64,000 nucleotides of DNA from Lama guanicoe. Its lineage: Eukaryota. The notes under the pieces were generated by a model. That model saw nothing but the letters and a program-made list of their open reading frames with translations, was not told the DNA's origin and did not search any database. The position numbers and the translations under genes were made by a program. The stretch is taken from positions 1 through 64,000 of the forward strand of contig MU053606.1 in assembly GCA_013239625.1 (NCBI GenBank), written 5' to 3'. Below are positions 15,001-25,006 of this stretch, one piece after another. Positions within the stretch are counted from its first letter, which is position 1, and every line of letters starts with the position of its first letter.

Positions 15001-18000
15001 TGAAGTGTAGTTTTAAACTAAAAAGAAACTTTGAGTACTGAACAAGAAAAGTGAAGGACGGCTATCACACACACTTATCTCCCAGAAATGAGCATGTGGA
15101 GTGACTTATGTTCATCTAGCAATAAAGGAATGGGTTGAAGGAGGAACACTTACTCTGGTTTCTCAGTTTGATTCCTAGTGCCAGTGTGTAGTTCCTGTTC
15201 TTTTCACTGTAAAACAAGTTGGAGGTAGTACATCCCCATATATATGTAAGTCTTGTACATTCCAAATGAAAAGATACTTTGTGTTCCCTACAAGCTATAT
15301 GAATTATGGCTTTCACTCACATTTATCTCTCAGAACTGAGCATGTGGAAAGATTTTCTTTCATCTAGCACAAACGAAAACTGTTGCAGGAGAAACACTTA
15401 CTCTATTCTCAGTCTCTTTCCTAGTGCCAGTTTGAACTTCCTGCAGTTTTGTCTGTAAAACCAGATTGGTAATAGTTCATTCCCATATATATGTATGAAG
15501 TGCATTTTCCAAGTGAAAAGAAAATGTGTGTTCCCAACAAGATACGTGAAAGACGACTTTCACACACACATATTTCTCAGAACTGATCATGTGGAGATAC
15601 TTTCATTCATCTAGCAGAAAGGGATCGAGTTGCAGGAGAAACATTTACTCTGGTTTCTCAGTCTGATTCCTAGTGTCGGCTTGAAGTTTGCAATTTTCAC
15701 TGTAAAACCGAGTTTGAGAGAGTATCTCCATATATATATGTATGTAGTGAAGTTACCAAATGTAATGAAAGTTTGTGTTCACAGCAAGCTATGTGAAGGA
15801 CGGCTTTTATACACACATATTTCTCAGAACTGAGCATGTGGAGATACATTCGCTCATTTAGCACAAAGGGAAAGGGATGCAGGAGAAACACTGACTCTAG
15901 TTTCTCAGGCTGTTTCCTAATGCCCGTTTGAATTTCCTGCAGTTTTCACTGTAAAACCGAGTTGGAGCAAGTACCTCCCTTTATATATGTACGTAGTGTG
16001 GTTTCCAACTGAATAGAAAGCTTTATTCCTGACATGCTAAGTGAAGGAAGGCTTTCTCACACACATATGTCCCGTAATTGAGCATGTGGAGAGACATTCA
16101 TTCATCTAGCACAAAGAAAATGTTTCGCTGGGAAACAAGTACTCTGGTTTCTCAGGATGTTTCCTAGTGCCAGTTTGATATCCCTGCAGTTTTCACTGCA
16201 AAACAGAGTTCTAGGACCTCCAAATATTTATGTATGTATTGTAGTTTCAATCTGAAAAGAAACTTTGTATTCCCAAAAGTTAAGTGAAGATGGCTTTCAC
16301 ACAAAGTTATCTCCCAGGTCTCAGCATGTAGAGATACGTCCGTTCATCTAGCACAAAGAGAATGGGTTGCAGGAGAAACACTTACTGAGGTTTCTTAGTC
16401 GGTTTCCAACTGCTGGTTTGACATTCCTGCAGTTTTCATTGTAAAATCAATTTGGAGCTTGTACCTCCACATATATATGTATGCAGTGTAGATTACAACT
16501 TTATGGAATCTTTGTGTTCCCAACAATCTAGGAGAAGGATGGCTTTCACACACTTTTATCTGAGAAATGAGCATGTGGAGAGACCTACATTCATCTAGCA
16601 CTAATCGAACGGGTTGCAGGGAAACACTAATTCTTGTTTCTCAGTCTGATTCCTACTGTTGGTTTCAAATTCATGCCTTTTACACTGAAAAACCAATTTG
16701 TAGCTTGCACATCCCCATATATGTATCTAGTGTAGTATCCAATTGAATAGAAACCATAATTTCCCAACAAGCTAGGTGAAGGATGGATTTCACACACACT
16801 TATCTCTCAAAACTGAGCATGTGGAGAGACGTTCATTCATCAAGTACAAAGGGAAAGAGTTGTAGCAGAAACACTTACTGTGGTTTCTCAGTCTATTTAC
16901 TATTTCCGGTTTGAAGTTCCTACAGTTTTCAATGTAAAACAGACTCGGAGCTAGTACTACCCCATATATATGTATGTAGTGTAGTTTCCAACTGAAAAGA
17001 AACTTTCTGTTCCGATCAGGTTAGGTGAAGCACGGCATTCACACACACTTATATCTTAGAATGGAGCATGTGGAGAGAAGTCCGTTCACCTAGCACAAAG
17101 GCAACGTGTTGCAAGAGAAACACTTACTCTGAATTCTGTCTGATTTCTAGTGCCAGTTTGAAGTTCCTACTGTTTTCACTGTAAACCGAGTAAGAAGTAG
17201 TACAACCCCATATGTATCTATGTAGTGTAGTTCCCAACTTAAAAGAATCTTTGTGTTCCCAACAAGCTAGTTGAAGTACGTTTTCACCCACACTTAACTC
17301 TCTGAACTGAACATGTGGAGAGACGTACGTTCATCAAGCACAAATGGAAATTGTTGCAGGAGAAACACTACTCTGATTTCTCAGTTTGTTTCCTAGTGCC
17401 AGTTTGAAATTCCTGCATTTTCACTGTAAAAGCGAGTTGGAACTAGTACCTCCCAATATACATGTATGTAGTGTAGTTTCCAACTGAAAAGAAACTTTGT
17501 GTTCCCAACAAGCTAGCTGAAGTACGGCGTTGAGACACATTTATCTCCCAGAACTGAGCATGTGAAGAGACGTTCATCCATCTAGCAAAAATTAAACGTG
17601 TTGATGGGGAAACCCTTTCTCTGGTTTCTCAATCTGTTTCCTAGTGCCATTTTGAAGTTCCTGCAGTTTTCACTGTACAACTGATTTGGAGATAGTACAT
17701 ACCCATATATATGTATGTAGTGTATTTTACATCTGAAAAGAATCTTTGTGTCCCAAACAAGCTAGTTGAAGGACGGCTTTCACACATGCTTAACTCTCAG
17801 AACTGAGCATGTGGAGAGACGTTCCTTCATCTAGCACAAAGGGAACGGGTTGCAGGAGAAACACTTACTCTGGTTTCTCAGTGTGTTTCCTAGTGCCGGT
17901 TTGAAGTTCCTGCACTTTTCACTGTAAAACCGAGTTGGAGCTTGTACCTCCCCATATATATGTATGGAGTGGAGTTTGCAACTGAAGAGAAACTTTGTGT

Positions 18001-21000
18001 TCCCAACAACCTATGTGAAGGACGGCTTTCACACACAATTCTCTCTTAGAACTCAGCATGTGGAGAGACTTTCGTTCATCTAGCACAAAGGGAACATGTT
18101 GCAGGAGAAACACTTACTCTGGTTTCTCAGTCTTTTTCCTAGTGCCGGTTTGAAGTTCCTGCAGATTTCACTGAAAATCCGAGTTGGAGCTTTTACCTTC
18201 ACTTATATATGTATCTTGTGTTGTTACCAATGAAAAGAAACTGTGTCTTCCCAGCAAGCTATGTGAAGGACGGGTTTCACACATATTTATCTCTCAAAAC
18301 TGAGCATGTGGAGAAATGTTCTTTTATCTAGCACAAAGGGAATGGATTGCAGCATAAAAACTTACTCTGGTTTCTCATTTTGTTTCCTAGTGCCGGTTTG
18401 AAGTTCCTGCACTTTTCACTGTAAAGAAGATTTGGAGCTTGTGCCTCCCCATATATACGTATGTATAGTAGATACCCACTAAAAAGAAATTTTGTGTTCC
18501 CATCAATCTAGGTGAAAGATGGCTTTTGCACACATTCATCTCTGAGAACTCTGCATGTGTGAGGTGTTCGTTCATCTAGAATAAATGGAGTGGTTTACAG
18601 AGAAACACTTTCTCTGTTTTCTTTGTATGTTTCCTAGTGCTGGTTACATTTTCATACAGTTTTCATTGTAAAACACAGTTGTATCTTGTACCTGCCCATA
18701 TATATATGTAGTGTAGTTTCCCTAAAATAATAAACTGTGTTTTCCCAACAAGCTATGTGATTGACGGCTTTCCCATGCAATTAATTCCTGGGATTGGTCA
18801 TGTGGAGGGACATTCGTTCATCTACCGCAAAGAGAATACGTATCACTAGGAATACTTATTGTGATATCTCAGTATGCTTCGCAGTGCCGGTTTGAAGTTT
18901 ATGCAGTTTTCAGTGTAAAACTAATTTGCAGCTAGTACCTCCCCATATATTTGTATGTAGAGTAGTTCCCCACTCAAAACATTTGTCTGTAACCTACAAG
19001 ATAACTGATATTTCACTTTTGCAGATTCAATTATCAGTATAGAGCATTAGGAGAGGGGTTCATTCATCTAGAATAAAGGGAATGAATTGCAGTAGAAACA
19101 CTTACTGTGGTCTCTCAGTTTGTTTCCTAGTTCCGGGTTGAATTCCATGTAGTTTTCACGGCAAAACTGATTTGAAGCTTGTATCTCCCCATATATATAT
19201 ATGAAGAGTAGTTTCCCACTGAAAAGAATCTGTGTGTTCCCAACAAACTAGGTGATTTACGGGTTTCACACACACTTAAAGTTCAGAATGAGCATGTGGA
19301 GAGACTTTTGTTCATCTAACATAAGTGGATTTGGTTGCAGTAGAAACACTTACAATGGTTTCTCAGTATGTTTCTTAGTGCCGGTTTAAAGTTCTTGCAA
19401 TTTTCACTGTAAAACCGAGTTGGAGCTAGAAACTCCACATATATATGTACGTAGTGCAGTATACCATTTAAAAGAAATTGTGTGTTCCCAACAAACTACC
19501 GGAATGACCACTTTCACAAACAATTATCTCTCAGAATTGAACATGTGGAGAGAAGTTAGTTCATCTAGCATAAATGGAATGGTTTGCAGGAGAAACACTC
19601 TGGTTTCTCAGTATGTTTCCTAGTGCCAGTTTGAAGTTCATGCAGTTTTCACTGTAAAACTGATTTGGAGCTATTACCTTTCTGTATATGTATGTAGTGT
19701 ACTTCCCCACTCAAATGACACTGTGTGTTCCCAACAAGCTAGTTGATTGATGGCTTTCACACACACTTAACTCTCACTACTGTGCATGTGGAGAGACGTC
19801 CATTCACCTTGCATAAAAGGAATGGTTTGCAGTAGAAACCCTTACTCTTTTTTCTCAGTATGTTTCCTAGTGCCAGTTTGATATTCATGCACTTTTCACT
19901 GTAAAACCGTGTTGGAGCTACTACCATCCCATATATATTTATGTAGTGTAGTTTCCCACTGAAAACAAACTGTATGTTCCAAGCAATCTAGGTGATTTTA
20001 GACTTTCATACTTACTTCATGTCAGAGTTTAGCATGTGGAAGGATGTTCATTCATCTAGCACAAACGGAACTGGTTGCAGTTGAAACACTTTCATTGGTT
20101 TCTCAGTATGTTTTCTAGTGCGGTTTGAATCTCATGCAGTTTTCACTGCAAAACCAAGTTGGAGCTTGTACCTCCCCACCTATATTTTTGTAGAGTTTTT
20201 TTCCCTCTGAGAAGAAGCTTTGTATTGCCAACAATATAGGAGATTGACGGCTTTCACACACAATTAACTGTCAGAATTGAGCATGTGGAGAGACGGTTAT
20301 TAATCTAGTATAAAGGGAATGGTTTTCGGTAGAAACACGCTTGTTTCTCAGTATGTTTCCTAGTGCCAGTTCGAAGTTCATGCCGTTTTCACTATAAAAC
20401 CGACTTGGATCTGGTACCTCCCCATATATATGTATGTAATGTTGTTTCCCACTTAAAACAAACTGTGTTTTCACAACAAGCTGGGTGATTGATGTCTTTC
20501 ACACATACTTAACTCTCAGAATTGATCATGTGGAGCGACGTTCGTTCATGTAGCATAAAGTGAATGGGATGCAGTAGAAAGACTTATTCTGATTTCTTAG
20601 TTTGTTTCCCATTGCCCGTTTGATGTTCATGCATTTTTCACTGTAAAACTGTGTTCGATCTTGTACCTCCCCATACATATGTATGTAGTGTAATTCCCCC
20701 CTCTAATGAAAATATGTGTTCCCTACATCCTAAGTGATAGTTGGCTTTTGCATTTATTGATCACTCAGAACTGAGCATGTGGTGAGGCGTTCATTCAACT
20801 AGCATAAATTGAGTAATTTGCTTTAGAAACACTTTCTCTTGTTTTTCAGTTTGTTTTCTTGTGCGTGTTTGAAGTTCATGTCGTTTTCACTGTAAAACCG
20901 ATTTAGAGCCAGTAACTCCCTATATATATATATATTCCTACTGAAAAGAATCTGTGTTTTCCCTAAAAGATAGCTGACTGACGGCTTTCTTACACACTTA

Positions 21001-21304
21001 ACTCTCAGTATTGAGCATGTATAGAGACGTTCATTCATCTAGTATAAAGGGAATAGTTAGCAATAGAAACACTTACTCTGGTTTCTCAGTATATTTAATA
21101 GAGCCAGTTTGATGGTTATGCAGTTTTCACTGTAATATCGATTTAGAGCTAGTACCTCCACATATATATGTATGTAATATAATTTCCCACTGAAAAGTAA
21201 CTCTGTGTTGTCAACAAGCTAGGTAATTTATGGCTTTCACACACATTCAACTCTCAGAATTGAGCATGTGTAGAGGCGTTCGTTCATCCAGCTTATAGGG
21301 AATG
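1..21304. repeat. Tandem satellite array, ~249-bp monomer, ~83 diverged copies (open at window start)
   Basis: Marker gagcatgtgg (or a close variant) recurs at 944, 1192, 1443, 1692, 1940, 2189... (spacing 248-251). Consensus ~ttgtgttcccaacaagctaggtgaa(t/g)gacggctttcacacacacttatctctcagaactgagcatgtggagagacgttcgttcatctagca(t/c)aaagggaa... All copies are in the same orientation, interrupted only by the L1 at 7810-8292. Confidence 0.98.
7810..8292 (-). mobile_element. 5'-truncated L1 (ORF2 C-terminus + 3'UTR) with short 3' transduction, inserted in a satellite monomer
   Basis: Reverse complement matches ~28700-29118 of the full-length L1 ([16 protein letters not shown]...). 15-bp TSD cctatatatat(g/c)tat at 7795-7809 and 8293-8307. 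Poly-T at 7809-7816; non-L1 sequence at 7817-7868. Confidence 0.95.
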
Positions 21305-21884
21305 TGAAACTGATGATCATGACCTATGCTGGTAGGAAAACAATAAAGGGAGCATTAATTTAGACCTTTTATAGCTATGGTCAGCAGACATGAGAGAATT
21401 TCATTTTCAGCAGTAGACTTCTTTTTTTTTAAAGTTCAGAAAGCTTCTTTCCTGTAACTGGATATATATAGTGAAGAAACACTTACTCTGGTTTCTCAGT
21501 ATATTTAATAGAGCCAGTTTGATGGTTATGCAGTTTTCACTGTAATATCGATTTAGAGCTAGTACCTCCACATATATATGTATGTAATATAATTTCCCAC
21601 TGAAAAGTAACTCTGTGTTGTCAACAAGCTAGGTAATTTATGGCTTTCACACACATTCAACTCTCAGAATTGAGCATGTGTAGAGGCGTTCGTTCATCCA
21701 GCTTATAGGGAATGTGAAACTGATGATCATGACCTATGCTGGTAGGAAAACAATAAAGGGAGCATTAATTTAGACCTTTTATAGCTATGGTCAGCAGACA
21801 TGAGAGAATTTCATTTTCAGCAGTAGACTTCTTTTTTTTTAAAGTTCAGAAAGCTTCTTTCCTGTAACTGGATATATATAGTGA
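21065..21884. repeat. Exact 410-bp tandem duplication of the satellite/ANO6-pseudogene junction
   Basis: 21065-21474 is identical by eye to 21475-21884 (last satellite monomer plus 170 bp of non-satellite DNA). Confidence 0.95.
21712..21733 (-). pseudogene. ANO6: ANO6 pseudo-exon 18, first 22 nt only (second copy at 21302-21323)
   Basis: Minus strand tttattgttttcctaccagcatag|gtc atg atc atc agt ttc aca t = VMIISFT vs ANO6 AMIIAFT, then directly satellite sequence. The match is short; support comes from the acceptor and the expected position after exon 17. Confidence 0.7.
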
Positions 21885-21929
21885 ATGTCTTAAAGTCTTT
21901 GAGCAACTTCTTTAAATTAGAATAGTTAC

Positions 21930-23706
21930 GACTTCCGGGCAAGATGGCGGAGTAGAAGGATGCTTGTAAGTCACCCTCTCCCACAAATACACCAAGACCC
22001 ACATCTACAGACCCACTTAGCCAACCAGAGCACCTGCGGAACTCCAACAGATCATCGCCCTCTTCAAAAGATAAAGACACCAAAAATCTGGTAGGAGGAA
22101 AGGAAAAAAGAAAGAACAAAAGGCAAAGCAGCGCGGGACGGGTCCCGCGGGGAGGGAGCGGCAAAGGAGGACTGGCGCTTGCTCGCTGGGTCTCCCCTCT
22201 CCAATTGAGAGGCCAGCGGGACGGAGGGGGAGCCTCCAAGGCTCGGATCTGTACAGAGCAGCCCTTGTATGACAGAACTAAGTTAAACGGGCACAGAGCA
22301 TCCCCCTCGACACCCAGCCTGAGACGTGGGCCAGCAGCGGCGGGCAGGGCCAGGCTGCACAAGCCGGGCGGAGGACGTGGGCAGCTGCACGGAGGCAGCT
22401 CCAGGGGACTGCAAGGGGCTGGACGCCGGGGCTGTGGGTGTACAGGACAGAACAACCAGGGCCCTCCATAAAACAGCAAGGTTGATGTGCTCTCGGGGGA
22501 AGGGTGCATACCCCCATCTCTGAAAACACGCGGAAACTTTTCAGGGGAAGAGGGGTGGGGCCCAGGCAGAGCCGCCATATTCTCCGGCGCTTAACACCCA
22601 GGCGGGGGCAGAGGCGAAACCTGCGTCCGCACCGAAGGGCTTAGCAGCCTCAAGGGCCAGACTGAGACGGGCCTACAGCCCTGGGCAGATAGGACCCTTC
22701 CATTCTGGTACCCCAGAGAACTTGCTCCACAAAGACAAACAAGCAGCTGGGTCTTGGCTCGGAGCAGGGACGAGGCTGCCCCTGGGTCTTCCCCGAGCCC
22801 ACCCGCGGAGCGCGACCAGGGCGGAGCGCCGGCGCAGAGCGCGCAGCCGCACAGAGCAGCGGAGCTACCGGCGGCGCAGGCAGGGGGAGAGCGGCCCCCC
22901 GCCTGTCGGGCAGGAACACAACCCCTGACCGAGGTGCTGGGAAGGGGCACGACCCGCCCTCCTGCCTGGCCAGTCTGCAACATCTGACTGCGGCATCCGG
23001 AGGGGCAGTGACCCGCCCGCCCGCAGCAGAGGAGAGCTGCATCTGACCCCGTGTTAGGAGGAGGCGCGATCTGCTTGCCGACAGGTGCTGGGAGCAGCAC
23101 AGAAGAGGGCGCCAACGGAGGGCCTATGAAAACAAGCTGAGCTTCCAAAACAGGACGAAGACAGAAGGACTTCACATTAAAAGCACACAGACTCCAGGAG
23201 AACACCGACAACCCCCCTTTTTTTTTTTTTTTTTTGTTTTGCTTTGTTTTGTTTTTTTATTTTCTGTTTTTGTTTCTGTTTTGTTTTGTTTTAATCGGTT
23301 TTTACCTGTTCTATTTTCAATTACTCTTTTAATTTTTACTTCTTAATTCATTTCTATTTCTCTTGGGTTTTGATGTCCTGTTATTGATTAGACACAGGCT
23401 TCAAACACATATATTCATCTCCCCACCCCCCCTTTTTTTTTAAAGGTTTTAAAAGGACGTCTCCACCCGATTAATACTCTGCTTCAACCCGCTCTTCTAT
23501 TATTCATTATACATTGTTTTCAAACCCTCTTTCTCCCTTCTTTTAAAAATCTTTCTCTCTCTCTCTTATTTTTTTCTCTTTTTTTTTTTTTTTTCTTTTT
23601 TCTTTTTTTTTCCTAAGTTCTATTCCTAAATAGGCATTAGATAGATAAAATCCTTAAGATCCAAAATAGACAACTGATACTCCATAAACCACAGTGCCAG
23701 AGAGGT
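21930..23706 (+). promoter_or_regulatory. L1 5'UTR / internal promoter (CpG-rich)
   Basis: Begins gacttccgggcaagatggcgg (ETS-like acttccgg and YY1-type aagatggcg). Second YY1-like gccgccatatt at 22572-22582. CpG-dense to ~23200, then T-rich tracts. Confidence 0.85.
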
Positions 23707-24609
23707 ATGAGCAAGATGAAGAAGCAGAGAAACCTTTCCCAATTAAAAGAACAAGAGGAATCCCCTGAAAGAAAGCTCAATGAAATAGACATCGATAGCC
23801 TACTAGATCAAGATTTCAAAAAAGGAGTGATCAAATTGCTGAAGGAATTAAAAGAGATAATGCTTAGAGAAATAAAATATGTCAAAAATGAAATTGAAGC
23901 TATAAAGAAGAGCCAAGCAAAATGGGAAAACTCATTGACAGAGATGAGGAATGATCTAACAGCTGTGCAAAGCCGACTAGTTAATGCAGAGGAACGAATT
24001 AGTGATCTAGAAGACAGGGCAACAGAAAGCACCCATTCAGAAGAACTACAAGATAAGCAAATAAAAAATAATGATAATAGCATAAGGGACCTATGGGATA
24101 ATATAAAGCGTCCCAATCTTCGCATAATAGGGGTCCCAGAAGGGGAAGAAGGATCAAAGGGGATTGAAAAGGTTTTTGAAGAAATCATGACTGAAAACTT
24201 CCCAAACTTAAAGAAGGAATCAGATATCCAAGTACAGGAAGCTCAGAGGGTCCCAAACAGGAAGAACCCAAATAGACCCACACCAAGACATATCATAATC
24301 AAGATGGCCAGAGTCAAGGATAAAGAAATGATTCTAAAGGCAGCAAGAGAAAAGCAAAGAGTGAACTACAAGGGAACCCCCATAAGGCTCTCAGCTGATT
24401 TCTCTACACAAACACTACAGGCCAGAAGGGAGTGGCAAGATATATTCAAAGCCCTGAATGAAAAAAAGATGCAGCCTAGGATACTTTATCCAGCAAGGCT
24501 ATCCTTTAGGATAGAAGGAGAAATAAAGAGTTTCACAGACAAAAAAAAGCTGCAGGAGTTTAGCAACACTAAACCCATGCTAAAAGAAATATTGAAAGGG
24601 CTATTCTAA
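23707..24609 (+). CDS. L1 ORF1p (RNA-binding chaperone), 300 aa
   Basis: Coiled-coil region, then LWDNIKRPNLRIIGVPE, TPRHIIIK, ARREW and YPARLS motifs typical of L1 ORF1p; no stops. Confidence 0.96.
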   Translation: MSKMKKQRNLSQLKEQEESPERKLNEIDIDSLLDQDFKKGVIKLLKELKEIMLREIKYVKNEIEAIKKSQAKWENSLTEMRNDLTAVQSRLVNAEERISDLEDRATESTHSEELQDKQIKNNDNSIRDLWDNIKRPNLRIIGVPEGEEGSKGIEKVFEEIMTENFPNLKKESDIQVQEAQRVPNRKNPNRPTPRHIIIKMARVKDKEMILKAAREKQRVNYKGTPIRLSADFSTQTLQARREWQDIFKALNEKKMQPRILYPARLSFRIEGEIKSFTDKKKLQEFSNTKPMLKEILKGLF

Positions 24610-25006
24610 ATAGAAAAGCAGCAGGATGCTACAGAAATGAGAAACGTACAACTGGAAAGGTGATAACTCATGAATTACAAATAAAGAAAACACGAAATTA
24701 TAAAAGAAGACATACAAATCACTGAGAGTGGGAGAGGGAGGCAGGGAAATATAGAATTTTTTTTCTTTCTTTTTTAAATTTTTTTAACAGTAGGATGGGT
24801 TTGAGATCATGTTATTATCAGTTTAATAAAAACGGGTATAGGTTAATAGATTTACAAAAAAGGGTAACCACAAGTCAAAAATTTACAAGGGAGTCACAAA
24901 AATTAAATAAAATCCATGATAATACAAAGGAAAATTACCAAACCACAAAAGGAAGAAGAAAGGAACAAAGAGGATATACCAATTCAACTGCAAAGATAAG
25001 TTCAAA

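Noticed and set aside
17820..17850. CENP-B box (ttcg and cggg both occur in the B-layer consensus around this position)
   Set aside because: Spacing does not fit TTCGnnnnAnnCGGG on either strand.
421..21038. Many similar Cys/His-containing short ORFs in the array; 249 bp equals 83 codons
   Set aside because: Consensus translations contain stops in the frames I examined, monomers have frequent 1-2 nt indels, and there is no C2H2 spacing or TGEKP linker. Not a zinc-finger or repeat-protein gene.
1..21304. CRISPR-like array
   Set aside because: The whole monomer repeats with no unique spacers; mammalian context with no cas genes.
22591..23211. 206-aa antisense ORF and other overlapping ORFs in the L1 5'UTR
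   Set aside because: TTG or other weak starts in very GC-rich sequence; no recognisable domain.
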